Shown piece by piece: positions 48,865 to 61,100 of a stretch of 64,000 nucleotides of DNA; position 1 is the first letter of the stretch; every line of letters begins with the position of its first letter. Source of the stretch: Guillardia theta CCMP2712. Its lineage: Eukaryota; Protista; Cryptophyta. The translations under genes were made by a program, and so were the position numbers. The notes below the pieces were generated by a model, which was not told where the DNA came from, did no database searches, and saw only the letters and a list, made by a program, of their open reading frames with translations. Location: the NCBI RefSeq assembly GCF_000315625.1, contig NW_005434662.1, positions 154,307-218,306 of the forward strand, given 5' to 3'.

Positions 48865-49530
48865 GCCAGCCTGTCACCCTACCCCCCCCTCTTGAGACTC
48901 AAGATACCACCCACCTGACCATTGAGGCTCGACAACACTACCCTTCGAATGGGTACCTGCCCCTTCTCCGCACACACCCCTTCTTTCCATTGATTGGACC
49001 CACCCTTCAATCAGAATTGATACAAGGCAACTGAGCTGGACCCTTCCCTGGAATTTAGTACCCCGATCATTCTGTACCCTACCCAACCAAACACAACACC
49101 GTTACGAACCGTTATCAACCCTCGAGTGTTCCACTACCCTTCTCTACCCCTCCGATAGGACCCTACCCAATTTCACCCCTTCTTGAACCTTTTCCGTCCC
49201 ACAACCCACCCTACACCAATTTGACCCCCTTGTATTTTCAAACCAGGATTTTAGCCTCAAAAAGATCCTTCCAATAGAGACACTAGTCTGCTACCCCTGC
49301 AGAGGTGATGGAATAGCAATGAGGATGGGTGGGGTATATCACCCCACCCATACTTTCGTCTGACACTCCTATATGCAAATACCCAACAACAGGGATAGTC
49401 GGTGCTAAATTGAGAAAGTGAGACTATTACAAGGACGGGTGGTAGGTACCAGGGGTGGGGCTCTCGGTAACCAAAGTGGCAGTGACCAGACCCCTACCGT
49501 ACCATCCACCCTACTCTCGGCCTGTTCCCC
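48865..49530. repeat. Degenerate GGGT/ACCC-rich interspersed repeat
   Basis: Shares short motifs with 25440-25625 and has similar composition to 28440-28740 and 63150-63560. Confidence 0.5.
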
Positions 49531-49816
49531 CACTTGCAGTTCAGTTACAGATTTCTAATGATTTGTAACCGTATGCCAGTGCCGGGCCGGCCCGGCGGCC
49601 CGGCCGGCGCTCAGTGTGCCATTATGGCACTGCCAGGCTGGCAGCCGCAGTGAGCGTCCAGCGGCTGTCCGACGAGGGCCCTCTCAGTTGACTCAGTGGA
49701 TCATCAGATCAGTGGCACCGTACATGGGCGCGGCCAGGCCCGTCCCGATTCCGCCCGGCGATCTGGCACCGCCAGCATTACAACAAAGCCTGGCAATCAG
49801 TAATCCCGAAGGCTGA

Positions 49817-50499
49817 GAACATGCCGCCGAGCTTCGAATACAGCTCCCTTCCAGAGACCTCAGGAACTGCTCCAGGGAAAGGCTACTATCTTAAGTGCAA
49901 CATGTGTTCAAGTTATCTTTCAATCAAGACGTATATCTCTGCACGTTATTCAAAGACATTGTAGACGATCCAGGGAGAAACGTGAGATCAGTCACTCCGG
50001 GAGGATCTGCCCCTTTCACAAGCGTTCTGGTTAGGACGAACCACTACATTTGTTTTGAGATCACGGAGGCTCCGGAGAAACTATTCGAAAAGATCTCTCA
50101 GCTTAGTCGAGTATCTCATGTTCTCAAGAGCGATTTCATTGGAAAGGAGGCGCAGATCGCCGCGGCAGGGATATTTTTGAATGGAGACAAGGCCGTCTTC
50201 GACTTTTCTTGTGAAAAAGTACAAGAATTTCTTGTCAAAGCAGCCGAGGACGACAAACTTGGTAAGCTGTTCAACTGGGAAGTCCCTATCTTCTTGATTC
50301 ATACTCCATATCGGAACTTGTTCACCGCAATCGAGGAAGTGAATCAAACTTGAACTTGAAGGAAAGTATTGAGGCAATGAGATCCGAGATCAAGGAAAGG
50401 GATCAGAAAATCAGATCCGAGATTAAAAATGTATCATCTGAGATCAATCAGAGTTTGAGCACTAAACTCGATCAGATTATCGATCTCATGGCCCGCTAA
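49817..50499 (+). pseudogene. Disrupted intronless gene: putative PD-(D/E)XK-like domain followed by coiled coil
   Basis: The 152-codon frame lacks an ATG and is preceded by an in-frame TAA. An apparent frameshift at about 50345 leads into the heptad tail LKESIEAMRSEIKERDQKIRSEIK...LMAR*. Confidence 0.4.
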
Positions 50500-51767
50500 T
50501 AAAGCCAACCGGAGAGGCTTGAATACACTGAATGTCAAACCGTCGAGTCCTTTTCTCCAATATCGATATCATTTGTCATCACCATCCGAGTCCATCGTTC
50601 ATGTAGCATCCGGCCGCCAAGCGCGGATTCGGGGGGATAGAGCTCCACTGTCACGGTAGCTGCCATGAGCCCGGAGAAGAGCTGCCTGAACCTGGGATAA
50701 GTGCGCCCGCCGCTCAAGATTAGGGAGGAAAGTCTGCATCAACTGTGCACTGGAAAAGGAGGTCCGCCCGCGAGGTGGAAGAGAGCTGGAGATGGAATCG
50801 AATTGTGCAAGCGTGCTTCATCCAGGTCACTGAGGTCCATATCTGGTCCATAAGGTCCATATATTGCGGCATGCCACCGGCGATCAACCAGGGCCTGATG
50901 CAGCTAGATCCGGCTCGTCCGCTTGACAGAGGGTCCCTGCGTGCAGACCTTGTTATTCTCGACCGTATGAAGCTGGCTGTGGCGATGTAATAAGCTGATA
51001 TGCTAACCCCTGCTTGAGGTGTGAAGCCGCGAGTCTCGATATCAACGATCTCTTCAAAGCATCCCTCGTCTGGAAAGGGCGCCGAGCGTCCTAGTACGGT
51101 CGTGCTCCGACTCGCTGTTGCGCTTGGTGGCACGTCCAGAATTCTACTCATTGTGTCTCTCAGTGTGCTCAGTTCAAACAGACCAACCTTAGATTACGAT
51201 AAAAAAAGGAAGTAGAGAAAGTTCACAGTTTGCTATGCCTGAACCTCCGAGTCTAGAACCAGTGACGTCCTCAGTCAATCGGCCTTACATAGCCGCGGGG
51301 AATGAGTTTGAACAGAAATCTCGCCATTGAGAGTTTGAAAGGTCCATGAAGAACAACCACGTTGGCGAGGTGGTCTCACACTGATGTCAGATCCAACCAG
51401 ATGCTATACGAAGGCTTGGCCGGATGCTACATGACTTGCATGCGGCATGATTCATCCGAAAGTAGGTTAGTGTCAAGCTACTGAATGACATGATTCTGAA
51501 AACCGATAGTTCCAATTTGACGAACCTAATGGAAGATTTCAACGAGCATCTGTTTCAGGCTTTGGCATCGACTGCGAATCAAGATAAACTCAATCAATGC
51601 TTCAATCTGTATCGTTTGTCTTTTCCCCTCTACTCTCCTTCTGAATCCGATGATCGTTTGTCCTATCCCCTCCACTCTCCTTCTCCCTTGTCATTCCCTG
51701 TTCATTCCGTCCCCTTCCACAAAGCACTAAGGGAGGGAGAATGGGAGAAAACGAAGCGCCAAAAGAG

Positions 51768-52941
51768 TCAAGGGTCTGGGAATTCCCAGATTATTTCATT
51801 AGTCCAACCTAATCGCACGATTCTCGAAAATTTCATCATAAGTTTAATTACAGCCCGATCGACGTTCAAGCTAGGCTTGGAAACGAGTGTAACATACAGC
51901 GGACCTTCAAGATAGATAGTGCCCCTTGCAGGTCCTAAATGATAAGGATTCGCTTTGAGAGGGATGTGCAGCTCTCTCTGAAACAAAGCAGTCTTCAACA
52001 ATTCTGCATCTATGCACCAAGTGAATTGTTTCCCACTGTCCGATCCTGTACACGTAACAAGCTTGTCATCAATTGGGACCTTTTGCAACAAGGCAAGTAT
52101 GCAGTTGAATACAGGAATATGAATGTCGAAGTCAAGCCCCCTTGCTTTCCTTGAATTTCAATTAACAGCTCCACGAGCATTGAGCCATCGCTTTAGAGTG
52201 TCTCTGATTATCCCAAGCTCTGTAGAGGTTTTGAAATAATCGATCGTATTTCCTGGTTGTCCAAAATATGAGTGCAGCATATCAGCTGTCAGACGAAATT
52301 TTTGGAAGAAACCCATTTGGAGTCGCTCGTCCCTGTTCACATTTTCAAAACAAAGCCATCCGATCACACGCAAATGTTGAAGTACTCTGAATGGAACTTA
52401 GGACAGAACAGAAAGGAAATGTAACTTTGAAAATTCCGACCACATCAGCCAGTGGAAGAATATCCGTGTAGATGCTCTGAAAACAATCGTTGGGTTGCAT
52501 GGAATCGAGATATCTGCGATATCTTCGCTTGTCGGCTTGGGAAATGTTCCCAAACACTTCCGTCAAAGTCTCTTTGCTGCCTATTGGGATTGAGGGCGCT
52601 GCACCGGTATATGGAAATTCCAGGATTGTTGATTGCTGGCAGCACATACCGTACTTCAAGCATTTTATCTGAAGTGACTTCCTTGATCAATCCGCATCTA
52701 TGCTTCTTATGCACCGTGACATCGTGAAAAAAGACACCAACAGGAGGAATCAAATCAAACTCCATGTCCCAGTCACAAGACAAATATTTCGGAGCATTCA
52801 AGACATCGGAAGCCTCAATTGATGCAAACGGGTTCGCGCTCTAGATTCACCAACTAACCTTTCTCGGATATTTCGCCTTGTCTCATGATCTCTCTGCTCC
52901 AGCTTTCTTCTTTTCAAGTCGGCATTGCCCGCGCGACTCAT
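51768..52941 (-). pseudogene. Fragmented gene with BAH-like domain
   Basis: GLIKEVTSDKMLEVRYVLP...PNDCFQSIYTDILPLADVVGIFKV resembles the BAH consensus. The frame changes at about 52800 and 52630, and there is an in-frame TGA at 52158. Confidence 0.4.
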
Positions 52942-53016
52942 TAAACTCAGACTCAGTTGAGCAAAATACTTTGGCACTGAGTACAAGTACAAGTCTACTA
53001 ACACTTGGAAATGTCT

Positions 53017-53056
53017 TTTACTCAAAGTTAAGTTAAAAAGCAGTACGAGGACAATG
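53017..53056 (+). repeat. Dispersed TTTACTCAAAGTTAAGTTAAAAAGCAGTACGAGGACAAT repeat, solo copy
   Basis: Identical over about 38 bp to the copy at 15002. Confidence 0.9.
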
Positions 53057-53121
53057 ACTGAATCGGAGGCTTGCGGCGGCTCCGTCACCCCGGCCGCCCG
53101 CGCCGGGCGGCCGCACTCTCA

Positions 53122-55537
53122 ATGCCCGGGCCGTCCCGCGAGCCGGACCGGGGGCCCAGCGCCGCCGATCGGGGGTGGGGCTGGCTCTCGGACAGTGAGC
53201 CCCCCCGGGCCGCGCGGCGCAGGCGCGCCCGGCGGGGGGCCCCGGGCGGCGCCGGGGCCCGGGCGCTCAGCTCGGGATTCAGTGAACTCGTGGCACCGGT
53301 CAGTGTGAGGGCATCAAGTTTGCAGGCTGTGATCTTCGAGCAAAGTGCTAGCGACCTAGAATGGTATGTTGACAGAGCGTCGTCCTTGCTGGGTAATTGT
53401 TGACTCGTCATGCAGTTTGGAAGGTACACGAACCTGCAGCCTGACTTCAACAAGTTTCGTCGAAGCGTGCTTACGGTTGTGCTGTTCCTGTCAAAGTTGT
53501 GATAGTAGTTTTATAAGGTTTGCAGGCCTGTTTTCGAGCAGTTTTGTTCTACGTTTTCTTGGTTTTCACCCTCTTTTTTGTCCAATCTCTCCCAGTAGTG
53601 CTGATCTATCTTCTCACTGCAGATATTTCTCGTCTGCTGTGCCTGTGCTTTGCATGCAGACCGGGCCAAGCTTGTTCCTTTCGTCATCTTGGAGGTAGGG
53701 GACCAGTTGGTCTGACATGCTCGTACTCATCTCCGATACAGAGTGTGTTCTGCCCCCTCGCTCTTTCTAGTGCTCCACTGTTATATGGTGGCTTTCTCAA
53801 GAAATATCCTGGTATTGCTTGCTACCCTCCGATCCTTTGATGAGTCGAAGTCAAACAGGAATCAAATATTCTCCATTGCGAATATTACAAGAAAGGAATG
53901 CTATGCATATGCTAGGTATGAGAAAGCATGCTGGATGGCTTTGATTGTCTTGTCATGTAGGGGTGAGGGAAGACAAAGAGGCCGCAAGGCTGTACGATTC
54001 TTTGCCATTCTCTCCTTTCGCCCCAAGCGCCATAAATCATGCGAACATGTTATACATTTATCCGGTCTTGTTCTCTCATCGTTACCATGATCTGTATTCC
54101 TCCTTAAAATCCTTTAACCAGGCAATCTTGACTGGATTCTGGATATACAGCGATTCAGGTCTGTTGTGCTTGCAAATCTCTGGTCGTCATTTTCACAATC
54201 GTGATTTAGCTTCGCTCGGGCTTGAGGCTACCTTTCCAGATCTCGTTCCACAGGTAAGTAAACCTAAATCCTTTCAACCCCTTGCCTTGTCACCGATTGT
54301 GGCATCTCGACAGAGAAACTTGTTCATCGATGCTGTACTGGAGGAAGAAAGTGCAAAGCAGGTTTCCTCCGCTTCTCCGGCTCATAGCACAATCAACGTT
54401 CATACAGGCTGTGATACTCGGCGCCGGATTCGATGTGAGGGCGTACGGCAAGCATGGTAGGAGGATGAAGTTCTTTGAGGTACTAGAAGCACCTCACTAG
54501 CCACCAACATTGAGTGTCATACTAGGTTGACTTTAACGTGACGCAACGAGCAAAGCTGGACTCGCTGGTAGTGCTGCATTTCCTTTTTGAATTTGTGAGA
54601 TTCTCCATCTTTGCTTCAGGCTGCGGCTGGGATGGACGCGTCAGGTGTGAGCTGGCTAGGAATATTCAAGTTTTGAAACTGTACAAGGTGTTTCGTTTGT
54701 ACCGCTCGATGTCCGCGATGAGCAATGGCTGCAAAAGTTAGAGAAGGTGAGAAAATGATGTTCTTTAACTCTCCTGAAAGAATTTTCGAAGAGCGGCTTT
54801 AACAAAAATGCGAAAACCATCTTTATCGTGGAGGTTTTCTAATTATTCAGACTTGATTCTTCCATTCATTCTCTGCAAGGGATTGATCTACTATCTCCCA
54901 AAAAACAAGGTCACCCAGCTTTTGGACTTTGTGTCGGAGTGTGCGCAAGGGTGAACTCAAAAACTCACCGTCTCACGTGTCTCACTATCTCTCAAGCTCG
55001 GTGGTTGTCTTCGATTACTTGCACACCCAAGTTGTGAGGGGTGAAAAGGTGAACCTTGCTGTGATTCGATTGCCCTCCCTTGCAGACATCTCAAACCTTG
55101 GACTCTCACTTTCTTCCCATTTCCATGCAGCACTCGTACATGAAGAAGATCCTCGAAATGGCAGGAGAACCGCTACTTTTCGGTCGAGCTGTTTGTATCG
55201 TATCTTTGAATGATTTCTTGTTTCAGGTGTTGAAGAAGAAGCTGCAACGGTCATGGTCGGTCCCTTTCCTTTTTTGTTGTCTAATGCTGAGACCGTCGGA
55301 AAGGACTGGGCTTCTGGACTTGGCTTCGAGGTCAAGAGGTGGCAGAGCTTGCCTACAGTCGGTAAGTGATCGATGTGATGGCTAGAGAGCGATGACACAT
55401 CCAGGCGGAATGGTTGCTCTCGAGGTTGTCCAGCGAAGAAAGGCAACAACAAGTGAGAGTTTATGATCAGAGGGTGCAAAATCTGACAGATCGGAAGGAA
55501 TAGAAAAGGGAACGAAGAAAGGGCAGCAACGGGATAA
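53122..55537 (+). CDS. SAM-dependent methyltransferase, LCM/Ppm1/TcmP (TIGR00027-like), many exons, start uncertain
   Basis: Exons give RQRNLFIDAVL..., AVILGAGFDVRAY...MKFFE|VDFNVTQRAK, WLQKLEK, SGFNKNAKTIFIVE|GLIYYL. Confidence 0.8.
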
Positions 55538-55800
55538 TGAGGCAAGAAGCCAGATCAAGGTCTATCATCCTATGCCGGAAGGGTTGTAACACTGGTGTGA
55601 AGGAACAAACGATCTCAAAGGAAGAGTTATAAATGAGTTGATGGGTACAACTATGTAATCATATCGGAATTGGGGTCTATCATGAGATGGATATCTATAA
55701 ATACTTTGAATGGGCGTACTGAAACATCAAGAGACTGGCTATCCAACTTGTCTGGTCTCACAGTCTGAGAGAGCGTGTGAGGAGCGATATCTTTCTCCTC

Positions 55801-56637
55801 CTAACAGTTGCAAGCTTTGCTCCCACTGGCTGCTCCACTTCCTCCGTTCGAGGTGTCGTCGGCAACCACAAGAATCGGCGCATTTCCCCCACTTCGCCGA
55901 GCCGATTGCCTAGAGTCGTTCTCCTGCCTTTGTTCTGAAGACCTTACAGTCATTTTTGTTAACAGCCTCATGTTGACATACCGATCATCTTCTTTGCCAG
56001 CGCAAGGAATGTTTCCTCGATGCCTTTTCCGAGCTTTGCGGAAGTCTGGAGCGACTACGGTGAGGTGAAGAACAACCAACAACACCGAGAACCTGAAAGT
56101 GATATGCTCCAACGCTAGCTGCATACTCTTCCGCTTCACTCTTCTCAACTTGTCTCTCTTTATCCAGATCAATCTTGTTCCCTGCAATGCACAGGACAAT
56201 CTCCTGTCCAACCATCTTCCTCAACTCTTTGACCCAATTCTTCACTTTTGCAAAGCTTTCAGTGTCAGTTGTATCGTACACCAGGAGTGCCTGACATTCA
56301 TATGAGCCAAACAACATGAGGGCAGCGCCGGCATACCCCGTCGGCATCTCTGTAATAGATTGGGCCTAAGGCATGGAAACGCTCTTGACCAGCTGTATCC
56401 CAGATCGCGAGGTTGCACGTATTCTCTCCTATATTTATTCGCTTGCTGAGAAATGATGCTTGGATGGTGGTCTGCTGCTTGTCCGAGAAGGTGTTGTTCA
56501 CGTACCTCAAAACGAGCGATGTCTTTCCAACACGACCTGCACGATTTGGTCAGCAAACCAAGAGAATAAGCAAAATGAGGGTCACCTTCACCGAGAAGCA
56601 CAATTTTGTAATTGTTCTTCCCCCTCACATCAGCCAT
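55801..56637 (-). CDS. RAB21: Rab21 small GTPase
   Basis: KIVLLGEG|RVGKTSL, TTIQASF, WDTAGQERFHALGPIYYRD, WVKELRKM, GNKID and TSAK, with a C-terminal CNC* prenylation motif. Confidence 0.95.
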
Positions 56638-56849
56638 GGCAACCAGACTCTAGTGTTGACCTGCTGGAAGGCATTTCACCGATTGGACAGCAGACCTGAT
56701 GCTCATAGAACAAGCAAACAGCTTGACGACCACCATGTAAACATAAATGCAAGCGAACTAGTAAAATTGTCGTCTGGTATTCAGATTTTCTTTCTTTCTC
56801 TTTTTTTATACTCATTCTATTTTCCTTTCCCAAGTGATTGTTGCAACTG

Positions 56850-57483
56850 GTGGTTGCAGGGCTACACAAGAACAACATGACACCTTTCCAGAAATCTTTT
56901 CCTTCAAAGTCCATTTGCATCTTATTATGGTCCTATCTTCTTTCAGTGTTTTTGCACCAACAATGCGCACGTTGATCTCTGTTGGTGTCAAGTTCTTCCC
57001 GCTTCCCCTTGCAATCTACCTACGTTTCATGCCTATTTGACGTCGAATAAAATGTTCCTATCCTATCATCAAATGAAAGACTTCTCTGTTACTTTGTTCC
57101 TTGATCTCTTAGTCTGCAATGTACTGGTTGGCATCCCTAAGCTGCACCTATGCACGTTTGGAGGGATTTTCTCCAATCATCTCAATTAGCCTGACATAAG
57201 ATGTAGCACTCAATACCTTCCCTGAAAAGATCATATCATCCTCGTGTTCCTCATTCTCTCTACTCCTCTCTTCTACTGCTTCTACTGCTTCATACTTCCT
57301 CTGAACTCTTCTCCTGTCCCGTCCCTCCTCAGTGTTGATGCGGTCAGTGCGCATGGGGAGGTGGCAGCTTTCACTATAAAACTCAGTTTTAATAAACCCT
57401 CGAATATTCCTCATTCTATAAATTAATTTCAAATATTGCAGAAGAAATGTTCTGTTTGCGATCCTCAATGCCCCCAAGAGCAT
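56850..57483 (-). CDS. Hypothetical protein (ends approximate)
   Basis: A 111-aa charged ORF plus downstream splice-like segments. Confidence 0.3.
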
Positions 57484-57811
57484 CTCTGGTATTTATCAGT
57501 ATCCGTAAGTATCAAAATCAGAAGCCTTGACCTATTGAGTCACCAGCCTTGCCGAGGACCATTATTTTATTGTTTCAAAACTGAATTCTCAAATTGTTCG
57601 GGACCCTCCGTGCACCCCATCTTTTGAGGCTAACTTTGAAACATGAAGAGAACATTTCAAATATTAAACAATATTTCACTTGCCCTGCAGGTCACAACTG
57701 ATTTCTGTGAACCATATCAAAATGTCCTTTATCAATTGAAAATTGACGAGCAAAATTGAATAGAATTTTGAAAATATCTAATATAAACTCTGAAAGATTG
57801 TACCTGACAGA

Positions 57812-57893
57812 GCAATCGTGGCCGAGCGGTTAAGGCGAAGGACTAGAAATCCTTTGGGGTCTCCCCGCGCAGGTTCGAGTCCTGCCGATTGCG
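57812..57893 (+). tRNA. tRNA-Ser (anticodon AGA)
   Basis: Acceptor stem GCAATCG/CGATTGC, A-box TGGCCGAGCGG, anticodon loop CTAGAAA, long variable arm and T-loop GGTTCGAGTCC. A T-rich Pol III terminator follows. Confidence 0.97.
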
Positions 57894-58179
57894 TTTCTTT
57901 TTCATGCATTTTTGCCGCCCGACCGCCGCGAGCTTGCAAGTTGACTCGCACTGCAACCGTAGGTCACCGAGTCACGAGGTGGCATGACTCCCCTATGAGC
58001 TGGGACCCATCGGAGATACCGTACTGGCAAGGGTCCTGGCCTGAGCGGATTCATTCATTGAAATCTGATTTAAGTGCCAATGATTTCCCTCTAGGATCAT
58101 CACCGTTGAGTCGGACAAGCTAATCAACCGCCCCATACTTCACATCGCCGCACAAACAGTGCGACACTGCAAGACAATC

Positions 58180-61100
58180 AGACCATCCACTCGATCGAGC
58201 CGCTCATGCTGGATCCTCCAAAGCTCACGACACTTCCTCCGCCGCCAGAGACCTGCAGCAGGCGTTCAGGATCACACAGGCATGAGATAGAGATGCCCAC
58301 CGGTCTCGTGGCTGCGGCTTGGAACAACTCGTCGTCGATGCTGAGGAAAGACAATCATGCAAGCAGAACGAGGGGAGAGAGACTCTGACCTTGAGCCTCC
58401 CAGAGAGACCGAAGACGCAACGATGGACCTGCGAAGAGGAAACGACGCGATGAGAACAGATAGCTCGGCACGTCAGCTCAACAACCTCGCCCGTCGCTTC
58501 GACAGCGCGTCAGTCAAGAGGTCATCGATGCTGTCGACTATGTCAGGGAAGAGCACAAGACACGGCAAGAGGAGGTGGAGGGAATCACCTCGAGTCCATC
58601 GACATGTATTTATCGCTCTCCATCAAAATCCGATCCATCTTGAACGCCTGCGCTCGTTACACGTGAGCGACAAGAAGGAGCAACAGCGCATTCGAGGACC
58701 TCGATCGAGCGCAACCAAGCAGCAAAGGCTCGTCCAAGTGTCTGCTTCTGCCAGTTTCCTGGGTGACAAGCTTATGTCAACGGACAGGACTACTTTGGCA
58801 GGAGGCAAACCGATGAGCTTGCTGAGGAGGGTATCTCTGCATCGGATCAGCCGGCTCTGATCCACCCGTGGATTGCCTTGGCTCGCGGCCTTGACCGAAC
58901 AGTTCAAAACCTCAGCCAGGACACGCCGGCAGCTCACCTGCTGCATGCGGTTCCGCAAGAATTCTCTCTTCATGTTCAAGTCCCTGATTCTCTCATCATC
59001 CTTTGCCAGTGGGTCTGCCGCGAGACACAAGCACCTCAACACCGCTTCGTTGTCCCTCACTCTCTCTTCCGCCATCCTCAGCCTGCAAGGAGTGCAATAT
59101 GAGCAGGAATGAAATCTTCACCGCAATCCCACGACAACAAGCTCACCGAGGGCCCAAGTTGTTGTCAACGTTGCTGTCAGCGCAAATTCGTCAATCGAAA
59201 TGTCTTGACAACTCAAAGTTGATCACTTCGGGTGTTGAGATTGTGTCGAGTTCTCCCCAAGGCTCCGGTGAAGCCCTTGTGCCTGGCCCACTGTGTCACA
59301 ACTCACCATGAAGGCGACTAAGTGACCTCTGCTATCCGCTGGTTGTAAGTCTCTCGCAGACTCTTGATCACGTGCTCCACCTGTGCGCGCGTCAGCAGAA
59401 GCACAGATCGACGGTCAACTCACGTTTTCGATCCTCAATCGACTTTGCTTCAGCTCTTCGTTGGGCTGAGCCGACGTCTGCTGCATCCCAACTCAATCAC
59501 AACGACCTGGAACAGTGCAACATCGTTTACGGGAGTTGACTGCTGACCCTGCACCTTCATGCGCATGTCGTTGACTTCAGCCTGTTTGCAAGTCTGAGCT
59601 CTTACAGTCCAGACCTTGTTGGTAGATCATGACCTGAAGTCTTTCCCTCTTGCCAGACAATGCCAGAGACTCGTTCTGCGATGCCTGCAACAAATCCTTC
59701 ACTCTTCCGTCATTGACGTTCTTCTTCAAGTTCCTGTCTTGCGCGCTTGAGCTGCTCTTGAAGTTGCTCAAGCTTCATCTGCAGGAAGTTCTCCTGCGAT
59801 TACAAAGTAAGGACGGCGCTAAATCATTAGCTGCTTCACCGCTTTCCGGAGCTCTTCATTTTCATCCGCAGTCCTCATTGTCATCGATCGCTGGAGTGAT
59901 TGGAGTTCAGAACCCAGGGGCAATGGCATGTCAAATACTTGGTTGGCAATCTCGCCCTGATATTGTTGAACTGCTAGAGGATATTGGGATTCAGCCTGCA
60001 ACCACTTCCCTCAGAAAGTATTCGATCGAGGTTCAACAGTCTACTTGAAGCAGCTTCTCACTCTCTTGCAGCATGTTCTAATTTCACTGTCAGCAAAGCA
60101 CAAGTATATCTCACTTCGATACCTTCAGGCTCTTCTCAGATTCCAAAGCAGCCGCACACTCCTGATCCATCCTTTTCTGATCGACAGCATGTAAAACACA
60201 TGAAGATGGGAAAGAGTTGACCAACAATCTCTGCTTTCTTGGATTCTATTTCATCGTTCCTCGCCCCCATCTCCACTCGAGCTCGCGAAATCTTATCGAG
60301 CAAAGGTCAGTTGATGCTCGACAACCTCGAACTATCTCTCTTACCTGCGAATTCATGCTCTCGAGAAGATTCTTCGATTCTGAAATAAGAAATCATCAAC
60401 AGAATGCAAGTTGAGTCATCTCGGAAAGACCAGTTTGTTTTTCTTTTTCATCCAAGACGTCCCTCTCTAGTTTTTGGATCTATTCAACAAAATGATCGTT
60501 AGACATGCATCCACATGAATGCCTTTGGGGAGTTACCATCTCACTTTGCATTTGGAGGGTTTTGTCCTGTTCCGCATTCGCATCAAGGAGCGGTCTCAGC
60601 TGCGACCATGTCATCAAGCTGGAACCATGCAAGTCTAACAGCCTTCACCTTCATGCTTTGCAGCTGCGCCCCTTGTTCTTGTTTTGCAGCATTCTCAGCA
60701 TTCGCCTGCAAGCATACAGATGACGTTCCCAAGATCTTCTTTGCAACAATCTGGCTGACCTTGCTCACCAAGTCATCCAGCTCAGCAATCCGGTTGCTCT
60801 GCGATTGCAGAAACTCCGTCTTTCTCCATAATCAGGCATGTTGATCCCACTAGTCGTGCAACTCACCTGATTCTCAGCTCTATTCTGCAGATCTCGGAGG
60901 ATGCTCTCCTTCAGGCTCAACTCGTCTCTCAGTCTGAGAGAACCCCCAGACTTCTCCAAGTCCAGCTGCATTTGCAGCTGAAGGACATTGAAGACCAACT
61001 TCAGGTGGGCTGAGACGGCATTGTGGCAAGTGAGCTACCTGCGAGATACCCGACTGCAGATCCTCGATCTGTGATTCCTTCTGTTGTGCCTGATCCTTCA

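Noticed and set aside
50535-51215. Overlapping ORFs on both strands (143 aa and others)
   Set aside because: No recognisable motif and no way to choose a strand, so left uncalled.
53122-56637. Functional link between the carboxyl-methyltransferase-like gene and the adjacent CXC-ending Rab21
   Set aside because: CXC Rabs are methylated by ICMT, an unrelated enzyme family, so adjacency is not evidence.
58206-58860. Plus-strand ORFs of 60 and 167 aa
   Set aside because: They overlap antisense to the spliced coiled-coil gene, whose exon and intron signals fit the minus strand.
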